From the NCBI GenBank assembly GCA_963664115.2, contig CAXWPJ010000009.1, positions 288,001 to 352,000 on the forward strand: a stretch of 64,000 bases of DNA, read 5' to 3'. Positions within the stretch are counted from its first letter, which is position 1, and each line of letters opens with the position of its first letter. Of the stretch, positions 31,589-40,353 are shown piece by piece. The translations under genes and the position numbers were made by a program. The DNA comes from Terriglobia bacterium (GTDB lineage: Bacteria > Acidobacteriota > Terriglobia > 20CM-2-55-15). The notes beneath the pieces are model-generated. The model saw only the letters and a program-made list of their open reading frames with translations. It did not search any database and was not told the DNA's origin.

Positions 31589-31971
31589 CGAAAACGTCTC
31601 CTCTTCATATTTCGGAGAAGTATCAGTCTGTTCTCGTCGGCGATATTGGGAGCGTTTACCGGATCTAGCTCGCCGTCTCGTTCAACTGCTCCGAATAGAA
31701 ATGTGAATTCAGCGTCATTATCGATTGGTCCAACGCAAATCATTGGTCGTAACGCTCTTGTTGGCGTGTTCACCCTAAACTTTCGGATATGCCGAAAAAG
31801 AGGACCGGTAAGCAGCCCGGCTGGAAGGTCCGGACCATACTGCTTCAAAAGCAGGACTTTTTGCTTAAAAGCAGCGATGTCACTCGGTTGTAGATCTACA
31901 GAACGTATCCAAACGCCAATGACACTTGTCACGCAATCCGCTTCCGTAAAGTCGTAAACACGCCACGCCAC
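31585..31971 (-). CDS. Putative type II toxin (RelE/HigB/Gp49-like)
   Basis: 128 aa, basic; GPL..HIRKFRV...LRPMIC...FLFGAVER pattern; coupled upstream of the HTH gene in HigBA order. Confidence 0.6.
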   Translation of the reverse strand: MAWRVYDFTEADCVTSVIGVWIRSVDLQPSDIAAFKQKVLLLKQYGPDLPAGLLTGPLFRHIRKFRVNTPTRALRPMICVGPIDNDAEFTFLFGAVERDGELDPVNAPNIADENRLILLRNMKRRRFR

Positions 31972-31972
31972 A

Positions 31973-32031
31973 GTAATTATATAGAAAATATTATAATTAC
32001 GCTTGCTTTATTAGCATAATAATATTATTAT
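31973..32031. promoter_or_regulatory. AT-rich divergent promoter/operator region
   Basis: Perfect 9-bp IR gtaattata-N10-tataattac (31973-32000), two TATAAT on the minus strand, and palindrome ataataatattattat (32016-32031). Confidence 0.6.
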
Positions 32032-32052
32032 ATATCACATCATGCAGAAAAC

Positions 32053-32097
32053 AAGAGGCCAGCAAGCTCGGAACAAGCCGCTGGCCTCTTTGTTTCT
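32053..32097 (+). terminator. Hairpin followed by T-rich tract (terminator/attenuator-like)
   Basis: aagaggccagc-N16-gctggcctctt 11-bp stem, then tgtttct; A-rich 5' flank suggests it may be bidirectional. Confidence 0.5.
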
Positions 32098-32102
32098 CAT
32101 AT

Positions 32103-32176
32103 GCCCCTGTACCTCAGACGCACAGAGGTGCCGGCTGCTAACCGGCTCGTCGCGGGTTGGAGTCCCGCCAGGGGCA
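32103..32176 (+). tRNA. Non-canonical tRNA / tRNA-like gene, anticodon GCT, short variable loop, no encoded CCA
   Basis: GCCCCTG TA CCTC AGACGCACA GAGG T GCCGG CTGCTAA CCGGC TCGTC GCGGG TTGGAGT CCCGC CAGGGGC A: 7/4/5/5-bp stems, all Watson-Crick. Confidence 0.85.
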
Positions 32177-32629
32177 CTCGTAAACCGTCCCGCCAGCAGC
32201 GTGAACTGCCGACGGGACATATCCCAAGCCGAAGCCAAGGACAGGGTTGATAGACCCACTGTCATTTTGGATGGCTTGAACCACGAAAGGCAAGTTCAAA
32301 ATGACATGTCACAACTGCCAGAACCGATCCCACAAACACGGTAAGGACCGAAACGGTGTTCAGCGCTACCGATGCCTTCCCTGCAAACGCGTGTTCCTCG
32401 ATCCAAATCACGAACGCCCACTAGGACGAATGCGGATCGATCAGGACAAGGCCGTGCTGGCCCTGAATCTCTTGGTAGAGGGAAACTCAATCCGCTCCAC
32501 CGAACGCCTCACGGGGCTGCATAGGGACACGATCATGGACCTTCTAACTCTGGCCGGTGCACGTTGCGAACGCCTGATGAACGAACGAATCCGCAATGTT
32601 CCAGTCAGTGCGGTCCAGGCCGACGAGAT

Positions 32630-34014
32630 GAGTTATAACCGAATCTGGTGTTTGAGGGATTGAATAAGAGCGGCGTATCTGGTTGATTTGTTGTGACAAA
32701 ACTTCAAAGCAACCATAGGAGATACGCCACTGTGAGCAAGAGTAACGTGAATGGACCGGAAGGTCGAGAAACGATTGAGGATCCAGTAACAGAACTACTA
32801 CGAGTTGGGGCACAGCAACTGATCCAACGCGCAGTGGAAGCCGAATTGGCAGAGCTGCTATCCCAGCACGGTGGCCGGCGAACTGAGACAGGAAACGCCG
32901 GGGTGGTACGCAACGGTTATCTGCCGGAACGCGAACTGCAGACGGGATTGGGTCCGGTAACAGTCCAAATCCCGAAGGTCCGTGCCAAGACGGGCGAAGC
33001 TGTGACGTTCCGATCGGCCCTGGTACCACCGTACATTCGGAAGACGAAGTCGCTGGAAGCAGCGGTGCCGTGGTTGTATTTGAAAGGCGTTTCCAGCGGC
33101 GAGATGGGTGAGGCCCTAAAAGTTCTTGTCGGTCCCCAGGCGCAGGGTCTGTCGGCGAGCACGGTATCGCGGTTGAAACAGGTTTGGGGCGAACAGTACC
33201 GCCTCGGATGCGAGGAGCGTTTGGATGCAGATCGCTGGGTCTATGTCTGGGCCGACGGCATCTACAGCGGACTTCGGGCGGAACAAACCAAGTTGTGTGC
33301 ATTGGTCGTGATCGGCGTGAATGAACGCGGAGAGAAGCGTTTCCTGGCGATCGAAGACGGTGTACGGGAATCGACACAGAGTTGGCGCGAGGTCTTGTTG
33401 AAGCTGAAGTCCCGTGGGATGAATGTTCCGAAGTTGGCCATCGGTGACGGTGCGATGGGGTTCTGGGCCGCACTGGAGGAAATCTATCCCGAGACACGTC
33501 AACAACGTTGCTGGATGCACAAAGTCATGAACGTCCTCAACTGCCTGCCCAAGTCGGTCCAGGCGAAGGCGAAACAGGCCCTGCACTCGATCTGGCAGGC
33601 CGAGACGAAGGCAGACGCCGAGAAGGCATTCGACTTGTTCATTGAAACCTATGAACCGAAGTATCCGAAAGCCACACTCTGCCTGCAGAAAGACAGAGAG
33701 GAACTGCTGGCCTTTTACGACTTTCCGGCCAAGCACTGGCAGAGCATCAGAACGACGAATCCCATTGAGTCGACCTTTGCCACCATTCGACACCGAACGA
33801 AGCGATCCAGAGGTTGCCTGACACGGGATGGCATGCTGCACATGATGTTCAAACTGGGCCAGTGCGCTGAGAACAATTGGCGACGATTACGAGGATTCGA
33901 TGATCTGAGCAAGGTAATCATCGGAGTGAAATTCAACGATGGTGTCGAAGCGACACAAGTCGATCAGGCCGCCGCTTGAATCAATCTCCTAAACACCACT
34001 TTTGACAATAACTC
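32630..34014 (+). mobile_element. IS256-family insertion sequence, 1385 bp
   Basis: IRs gagttataaccgaatctggtgttt / aaacaccacttttgacaataactc (18/24); 9-bp TSD cgacgagat at 32621-32629 and 34015-34023. Confidence 0.95.
32693..33979 (+). CDS. IS256-family (Mutator-type) DDE transposase
   Basis: RNGYLPER, YVWADGIY, IGDGAMGFW, QRCWMHK, RTTNPIESTF; intact ORF. Confidence 0.95.
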   Translation: MTKLQSNHRRYATVSKSNVNGPEGRETIEDPVTELLRVGAQQLIQRAVEAELAELLSQHGGRRTETGNAGVVRNGYLPERELQTGLGPVTVQIPKVRAKTGEAVTFRSALVPPYIRKTKSLEAAVPWLYLKGVSSGEMGEALKVLVGPQAQGLSASTVSRLKQVWGEQYRLGCEERLDADRWVYVWADGIYSGLRAEQTKLCALVVIGVNERGEKRFLAIEDGVRESTQSWREVLLKLKSRGMNVPKLAIGDGAMGFWAALEEIYPETRQQRCWMHKVMNVLNCLPKSVQAKAKQALHSIWQAETKADAEKAFDLFIETYEPKYPKATLCLQKDREELLAFYDFPAKHWQSIRTTNPIESTFATIRHRTKRSRGCLTRDGMLHMMFKLGQCAENNWRRLRGFDDLSKVIIGVKFNDGVEATQVDQAAA

Positions 34015-34803
34015 CGACGAGATTTGGACCTTCGTTAAGAAGAAGGAAAAGCGCCGTCGCTACTCGGAGCGGTTCAACATGAAGATCGGCGACGCCTACA
34101 CCTTCGTTGGGATCGACGCGGACACAAAGCTTGTGCTGTGCTTCGAACTGGGCCGTCGAGATACGTCGTCTACGGTTCGGTTCATGTCTAAGCTGGATCG
34201 AGCCACGGCAGGCCGCTTCCAACTCACGACGGACGGTTTCACCCCATACGTCGGAGCCGTCGAAGGTCAATTTGGGGCGGATATCGATTTCAGTCAACTA
34301 GTCAAGGTGTACTCGTCCGACGAAACGACGCGAGAAAGATACAGTCCTGGGCACGTGGTCGGAACGTTCGATAGAAAGATCACTGGAGATCCGAAAATCG
34401 AGCGCATCAGTACATCATTCGTAGAACGGCAGAACCTCACTATGCGCACGTTCATTCGGCGTATGACGCGCCTCTGTCTGGCGTTCTCAAAGAAGTGGGA
34501 GAACCTGAAAGCAGCGCTAGCGTTACACTTCGCGTACTACAATTTCTGCCGCGTTCACCGGTCCCTGAAGGTAACTCCAGCGATGGAGGCGGGAATTGCG
34601 GATCATGTATGGACCATCGAGGAACTAATTTCCACTCACTAATAGGACACTACCCGGCCTCCCGCTTGTTTGACATTCTGAGTTAAGCAGACCTAAAATT
34701 AGGGCTTGGCTGGCCACCTCGATTTTACATAGGTGGTGATAAAGCACCTTCGCACTGAAGGTGCATTTTTATTGCCCACGACTGGCCCCGCCTCTGAAAC
34801 CAT

Positions 34804-36195
34804 ATGCGGTCTGTTGTCTATATTGAAGAAGACTATATTGCGGGTCTTCTCAAAGACTACTTCGTTGAAAACGGTGAGACCACCTACATCGTCACCGATC
34901 CCGCAGCCAAGCGGCACCTGGCCTCACACGGCCAGGAAGTATCCCTCCCCGGACGGAACAACGCATCGCTTAAGAAGCAACTCCAGGCAAACGATCTAGA
35001 CCTACTGCTGGTTCAGTCCGACGACCTCCAGCGCATAGAAGGCGTGCTCAAACTCATCCGTAAGCACGGACAACGCGTGCCGACGCTCGTCATAACAGCT
35101 GAACGGGACAAAGTGGCCGAACAGGCCCGATTTGTGCGCTGCATCACGATGCAGGAGTTGCTGGAAGGCAATATTCGCTGGCAGATGGTTCTGGCCCGAA
35201 CGGCTCGAAGTATCGAAAGAATCCGGGAACACTTCGCAGTGGCCGATTCAGTGCTGATCCTTCTTCAGGACGATCCCGACCCCGACGCTATCGCCAGTGG
35301 GCTTGCGCTGCGCCAGGTGCTCGGTCGGAATAAACAAACCGCCACCATCGGCAGTTTTGGGAAAGTAACGCGACCGGAAAACATCGCAATGGCAAAGCTG
35401 CTGGAGATCGAAGTCGAACGAATCACGACCGAACGGTGTGCCGAGTTCGACCGCATCGCTCTGGTCGATCTGCAGCCTTCGCATATCCGAGCCACGTTGC
35501 CCCGGATCGACCTCGTTGTCGACCATCACCCCGAACAGTTCAACTATGAGACCGAAATACGGGACGTCCGGCCCGATTACGGTGCAACAGCAACGATCCT
35601 CCTCGAATACCTGCTGTGCATGGGAAACAACGTGGGCACGCGTCTCGCAACGGCATTGCTGTACGGAATCAAGAGCGATACGTTCCTGTTAGGGCGGCAG
35701 ACCAACGAGTGGGACGTCGAGGCGTTTTCCTACGTTTATCCGCTTGCGAATCAGAACCTTTTGCGGCGGATCGAACGTCCGGAACTGCCTCCGGCTGCGA
35801 TCGATGCCCTGGGTCGTGCCTTGAAAACACGTCAGATCATCGAGAAAGTTGCCTTTGTGAATCTGGGTCGGGTAGAGCGGGAAGACCTCATCCCCCAGAT
35901 CGCAGATTTCTGTCTCCAGTTTGAGGGAATCGAATGGGCCGTCGTCAGCGGAATTTTTGAGTCCGACCTCGTCGTGTCTGTTCGCAATGTCGGCTACGTC
36001 AAGGCGGCCGGAAAGGTGCTCAAGGATGCATTTGGCCACCTGGGGTCAGCTGGCGGACACGGATCGATGGCTAAAGCAATCATTCCGCTTTCCACTCTCT
36101 GTTCCAAGTGGAAAACCGACGCTCGGAATACACGATTGATCAACGAAAAGCTCCAACGGCGCTTCCTCAAGAGTCTTCGGAGTTCAAACAAGTAG
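34804..36195 (+). CDS. DHH/DHHA1 phosphoesterase (NrnA-like) with extra N-terminal domain
   Basis: DPDPDAIAS, LVVDHHP, GIKSDT, AGGHGSMA. Confidence 0.85.
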   Translation: MRSVVYIEEDYIAGLLKDYFVENGETTYIVTDPAAKRHLASHGQEVSLPGRNNASLKKQLQANDLDLLLVQSDDLQRIEGVLKLIRKHGQRVPTLVITAERDKVAEQARFVRCITMQELLEGNIRWQMVLARTARSIERIREHFAVADSVLILLQDDPDPDAIASGLALRQVLGRNKQTATIGSFGKVTRPENIAMAKLLEIEVERITTERCAEFDRIALVDLQPSHIRATLPRIDLVVDHHPEQFNYETEIRDVRPDYGATATILLEYLLCMGNNVGTRLATALLYGIKSDTFLLGRQTNEWDVEAFSYVYPLANQNLLRRIERPELPPAAIDALGRALKTRQIIEKVAFVNLGRVEREDLIPQIADFCLQFEGIEWAVVSGIFESDLVVSVRNVGYVKAAGKVLKDAFGHLGSAGGHGSMAKAIIPLSTLCSKWKTDARNTRLINEKLQRRFLKSLRSSNK

Positions 36196-36203
36196 CGGCC
36201 ACC

Positions 36204-36653
36204 ATGAGGGCTGTCGTCCAGAGAGTCTCCTCCGCACGCGTCAGAATCGGAGGCAAAGAACACACAAGCATTGGCAGAGGACTCCTTGTCCTGGTCGGAG
36301 TCGAGAAGAACGACACGGAAACCGACGCGGCAACGCTTGCAAAGAAAGTCGTCGAACTCCGCGTGTTCGATGACGATCATGGCCGTATGAACCGCTCCAT
36401 CCTTGATGTCGGCGGCGCGGTGCTGGCCGTTTCACAGTTCACGTTGCTGGGCGATAGCCGGAAAGGGCGCCGCCCCTCGTTCGAGAAAGCCGCCCCGCCC
36501 GATGAGGCCCGGCACTTGTATGACCTGTTCGTGGCGGGGATCGGTCAAGCCGGCGTCGAGATTTCCACGGGCGTATTTCGGGAGACGATGGACGTAGAAC
36601 TCACCAACGACGGACCGGTGACGCTGCTGCTCGATACCCGGAAGGCCTTCTAG
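36204..36653 (+). CDS. dtd: D-aminoacyl-tRNA deacylase
   Basis: MRAVVQRV, VSQFTL, KGRRPSF, NDGPVT; start ATG 36204. Confidence 0.95.
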   Translation: MRAVVQRVSSARVRIGGKEHTSIGRGLLVLVGVEKNDTETDAATLAKKVVELRVFDDDHGRMNRSILDVGGAVLAVSQFTLLGDSRKGRRPSFEKAAPPDEARHLYDLFVAGIGQAGVEISTGVFRETMDVELTNDGPVTLLLDTRKAF

Positions 36654-36772
36654 ATCGCGGCTCCAAATAGAGGGCTGACGGTAGGGGGAAAACCCGACTC
36701 TCAGTGCCTCAATATCCTAGGGGGCTGGGAACTCTATCCGGATATCTCCAAAAACACCCTAAATTCCCGTTC

Positions 36773-36817
36773 TAACTGCAGTTAGGAGTTGACGGACACG
36801 CGTCACTTTTCTATCCT
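36773..36817 (+). promoter_or_regulatory. Putative sigma70 promoter with upstream palindrome for the respiratory operon
   Basis: ctaactgcagttag palindrome (36773-36786); TTGACG (36789-36794), 17-nt spacer, TATCCT (36812-36817). Confidence 0.5.
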
Positions 36818-36866
36818 TGGAGGTTCGCAATGATGGGTGAACAGTGCCCGTTTCCGCATTTACTAA

Positions 36867-37763
36867 ATGGACTCCAACGGTAATCCAATCTCGATGCCCC
36901 CGCCCGACGACCTGACCGAGGTTGAGAAGCCTACTTCGCTGCTCATAGCCCAGTTCTTTCTGTTCCCGCTCATCGTTATCGCGTTCGGAATCGGCATCTT
37001 CCTCCTGTTTGGCTATGTCACTTTCGACCAGAAGGCCCCGGAGGCCTATCTGAGGGAAATCAGCCAGGGTTCGGCCGGCTCGCCGTTCGACACCCGTCGC
37101 TGGCAGGCCGCACTCGACCTCTCTAAAGTCATTGCGGCCGATAGCGGGGAACTTCGAAGCTCAGGCTTCGGAGACGAACTCCTTAGGGTGTACAGCAACG
37201 CGGGTTCGGACGATCCACGGATTCGTCAGTTTCTGGCTATAAGCCTGGGCCACTTGGGCGATCCGGCAGCGGTGCCCGCTTTGATAGAGGGCCTATCAGA
37301 TACAACTATCGAAACTCAGATCTGGACGCTGTGGGCTCTGGGGGCCATCGGTGACCCGTCGGCCGCTCCCTCCGTTGTTACGATGATAGGTAGCAACGAC
37401 TCCGGGGTTCGGAAAATAGCCGTTTACATACTGGGAACGCTTAAAGATCCATCGACAATTGGCGATCTGCAGGTGGCACTGAACGACCCGACGGCCGACG
37501 TCCGCTGGAACGCAGCCATAGCGCTGGCACAGATGAATGACGACGCAGGCGCTGCGGTCCTCCTCGAACTCACAGACCGCATATATTTGTCGCAGTTTGT
37601 GGATATATCAGGAGAAGAACGCGACAACGTCATGGTAAACGCGGTCAAGAGTCTCAGCAGGTTGAAGCTGGAAGATGCCCGCGGACACCTGGCTTCTTTG
37701 AGCCAGACCGATCCGAGCCTGAGCGTACGAGATGCCGCGCTGGAAGCGTTGGAAACGTATTAA
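36867..37763 (+). CDS. Membrane-anchored HEAT-repeat protein
   Basis: N-terminal TM, then repeats such as LGHLGDPAAVPALIEGL and DVRWNAAIALA. Confidence 0.85.
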   Translation: MDSNGNPISMPPPDDLTEVEKPTSLLIAQFFLFPLIVIAFGIGIFLLFGYVTFDQKAPEAYLREISQGSAGSPFDTRRWQAALDLSKVIAADSGELRSSGFGDELLRVYSNAGSDDPRIRQFLAISLGHLGDPAAVPALIEGLSDTTIETQIWTLWALGAIGDPSAAPSVVTMIGSNDSGVRKIAVYILGTLKDPSTIGDLQVALNDPTADVRWNAAIALAQMNDDAGAAVLLELTDRIYLSQFVDISGEERDNVMVNAVKSLSRLKLEDARGHLASLSQTDPSLSVRDAALEALETY

Positions 37764-37823
37764 AAAGGTCAGTTTTTATTCATTTGTTTTCTCGAACCGG
37801 AAAAATTTAAGAGGAATCATGGC

Positions 37824-38369
37824 ATGAGCGAAGAAAGTCCTCAGGCGCCGCCGAAACCACAGCCAGTGAAGACGAAGGCTCCGGCCGCGTCACGCCGGTC
37901 TTTCCTGTCATGGATGAGCGTTGCGTGGGTGGCCTTCACCGCCTCAATGCTCGCCGCCGGTACGGCGACGGCCCGCTTCATGTTCCCCAACGTTCTGTTT
38001 GAACCGCCCTCGAGCTTTCAAGCGGGTAGTCCGGACGTAATCCAGATCGGACAGGTCGACGAGCGATTCAAGGATGAGTTTGGCGTCTGGCTGGTCCGTG
38101 ACGAAGGCGGGCTCTACGCCCTGTCAACCACATGCACGCACCTGGGCTGTACGCCCAACTGGCTTGAAGCCGAGCAGAAATTCAAGTGTCCGTGTCACGG
38201 GAGTGGTTTTTACAAGACAGGTATTAATTTTGAAGGCCCAGCCCCAAGGCCGCTGGAGCGCCATACGATCAGTCTGACGGAGGACGGCCAGATACTCGTC
38301 GACAAGAGTCAGAAATACCAGCAAGAAAAAGGCCAGTGGGATCTTCCTGGAGCCTACCTGGAACTTTAG
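37824..38369 (+). CDS. Rieske iron-sulfur subunit of a bc/b6f-type complex
   Basis: Tat motif SRRSFL; CTHLGC and CPCHGS boxes; GPAPRPL. Confidence 0.95.
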   Translation: MSEESPQAPPKPQPVKTKAPAASRRSFLSWMSVAWVAFTASMLAAGTATARFMFPNVLFEPPSSFQAGSPDVIQIGQVDERFKDEFGVWLVRDEGGLYALSTTCTHLGCTPNWLEAEQKFKCPCHGSGFYKTGINFEGPAPRPLERHTISLTEDGQILVDKSQKYQQEKGQWDLPGAYLEL

Positions 38370-38406
38370 GGTTTTGATTAATTCCTAGGCAGTCAGGTCC
38401 TTATTT

Positions 38407-39219
38407 ATGAGTCAACTCAAAGAAATTTTGTCAAAGCTTTCACCCGCGAACATCGGGGAATCCATACAAAAGAGCCAGGTTTACCGGTCGATATTCCGGG
38501 TCGGAGTGCCCAGTTCCGACCGCAAGCGAATGCTGGTGATGCTGGGGAACGTGTTTCTCCATCTCCATCCCGTGAAGGTTCGGAAGTCCGGTATCCGGCT
38601 CCGCTTTACGTGGTGCATGGGGGGGATAACGTTCTTCCTGTTCCTTCTACTGACGTTCACCGGCCTTCTTCTGATGTTCTACTATCGGCCCACCCTGGAA
38701 TACGCATATGTCGACATCATCGATCTGCGGGAGCAGGTGCCGCTCGGGATCATGCGGGAACTTCATCGTTGGGGCGCGCACGCCATGGTCATCTCGGTCT
38801 GGCTGCACATGTTCCGCGTGTTCATGACTGGATCCTATAAGCCACCCCGGGAGTTCAACTGGGGTGTCGGCGTGATCCTCCTCGTTCTCACACTGCTGTT
38901 GAGTTTTACCGGCTATCTCCTCCCGTGGGACCAGTTGGCGATGTGGGCGATCACGGTCGGATCCAACATGGCGCGGGCAACACCGTTTCTCGGATATGAA
39001 GGACCGGGCGCGGCCCTACTCCAACTGGGCGGCGTCAGCCTGGTAAACAGCACAAGCGACGCGCGCTTCGCCTTACTGGGCGGCACGTTCGTCGGAGAAG
39101 GCGCACTTCTTCGCTTCTACGTCCTGCACTGTGTGGGCCTGCCACTCATTGCAGGATTTCTAATGGCCGTTCATTTCTGGCGCATACGCCGGGACGGCGG
39201 AATATCCGGTCCACTATAG
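38407..39219 (+). CDS. Cytochrome b N-terminal (b6-like) subunit
   Basis: [37 protein letters not shown]. Confidence 0.93.
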   Translation: MSQLKEILSKLSPANIGESIQKSQVYRSIFRVGVPSSDRKRMLVMLGNVFLHLHPVKVRKSGIRLRFTWCMGGITFFLFLLLTFTGLLLMFYYRPTLEYAYVDIIDLREQVPLGIMRELHRWGAHAMVISVWLHMFRVFMTGSYKPPREFNWGVGVILLVLTLLLSFTGYLLPWDQLAMWAITVGSNMARATPFLGYEGPGAALLQLGGVSLVNSTSDARFALLGGTFVGEGALLRFYVLHCVGLPLIAGFLMAVHFWRIRRDGGISGPL

Positions 39220-39234
39220 AAAGCGGGCAAAGCC

Positions 39235-40314
39235 ATGGAATTCATCAAAGACATAATCAATTTCTTAGCGGCCCCGCAGATCCTCATCACCTTGGCCGCG
39301 ATCCTGCTTTTCGTGTCAGCAAGATATAGGGAAATCTTCTACACCAATAAAGTGGCGATGATCCTGTTTCCGGGTATGGCAGTGTTTCTGGGACTGAGCA
39401 TGCTCGATGAAGACTTCTATTTGATCGTCACCAAGCCGGACAACGTCCCCATCGTCGGTATGTTATTCCTTATACCGTTCTTCACGTGGTTTTCGATGCG
39501 CGAAGGGGTACGCAACGACAGGCGTATCGCGGAAGGCAAGCCACTCATCGAAAAAGAAGAAACAGCGGGAAAGGTGCTTACTTGGCCTGACCTCGTCTAC
39601 ACCGAACTGATCTGCATGGTCATCCTGACCATCGTGTTGATCGGATGGTCGATTCTGATCGCAGCGCCCATTGAGGGACCCGCAAACCCGGCGAATACGC
39701 CAAACCCTTCGAAGGCACCTTGGTACTTCCTGGGACTCCAGGAAATGCTCGTCTATTTCGATCCGTGGTTGGCGGGGGTGGTCTTTCCGAGCCTGATCGT
39801 CGGGGGACTCATGGCGATTCCGTATTTCGACACGAATCCCAAGGGTAACGGGTACTACACCTTCAAGGAACGGAGCTGGGAGATCATGGTCTTTCTGTTC
39901 GGATTCCTGATCCTGTGGGTGCTCCTGGTCATATTGGGAACCTTCCTCAGAGGCCCCAACTGGAATTTCTTTGGGCCGTACGAATATTGGGACATCCACA
40001 AGCTGGAAGCCCTGGTCAACATCAACCTGTCCGAGTACATCTGGGTCCGGATGCTCGGCGTGGGATTGCCGTCAAACATCCTGGTGAGGGAAATGTTCGG
40101 CTTCATAGCCGTTTTCGCGTATTTACTCGCCATTCCGCCGCTGTTGGCCAAGACCTGGTTCAAAGGCTTTTATCAAACTCTGGGACCGGCACGCTACCAC
40201 ATCATGGTGTTCCTGTTGCTGGCGATGGCGTCGCTTCCCATCAAGATGGGGATGCGCTGGCTGTTGAACATGAAATACATCATTGGCATCCCGGAGTATT
40301 TCTTCAATATTTAG
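39235..40314 (+). CDS. Cytochrome b C-terminal / subunit IV-like membrane protein
   Basis: WPDLV..ANPANTPNPSKAPWYFLGLQE (PEWY-equivalent) plus extra TM helices. Confidence 0.85.
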   Translation: MEFIKDIINFLAAPQILITLAAILLFVSARYREIFYTNKVAMILFPGMAVFLGLSMLDEDFYLIVTKPDNVPIVGMLFLIPFFTWFSMREGVRNDRRIAEGKPLIEKEETAGKVLTWPDLVYTELICMVILTIVLIGWSILIAAPIEGPANPANTPNPSKAPWYFLGLQEMLVYFDPWLAGVVFPSLIVGGLMAIPYFDTNPKGNGYYTFKERSWEIMVFLFGFLILWVLLVILGTFLRGPNWNFFGPYEYWDIHKLEALVNINLSEYIWVRMLGVGLPSNILVREMFGFIAVFAYLLAIPPLLAKTWFKGFYQTLGPARYHIMVFLLLAMASLPIKMGMRWLLNMKYIIGIPEYFFNI

Positions 40315-40353
40315 CCACTATTTATAGGCGTTTAGTTCGAACTGGAGAGAGCA

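Larger units (their letters stand above)
32301..34642 (+). pseudogene. IS1-family transposase interrupted by IS256 (32301-32629 joined to 34024-34642, 315 aa when rejoined)
   Basis: N-terminal CxxC...RYRCxxC zinc finger and HTH; rejoined frame reads VQADEIWTFVKKK...LTTDGF...TSFVERQNLTMR...YYNFCRVHRSL..TPAMEAG. Confidence 0.92.
30579..34654 (+). mobile_element. IS1-family cargo-carrying element (transporter IS), 4076 bp including nested IS256
   Basis: Terminal IRs ggtagtgtcctaatagtgggtgg (30579-30601) and ccactcactaataggacactacc (34632-34654), 21/23 match; 8-bp direct repeat cggcctcc at 30571-30578 and 34655-34662; lower-GC cargo. Confidence 0.93.

Noticed and set aside
32103-32176. tRNA-like gene as an integration (att) site or an ordinary tRNA-Ser
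   Set aside because: It is internal to the IR-bounded element, I found no duplicated 3' fragment or integrase, and it lacks the long variable arm of tRNA-Ser.
32544-33841. Long minus-strand ORFs (317 aa and 241 aa) over IS256
   Set aside because: Antisense shadows of the intact transposase with no recognisable motifs.
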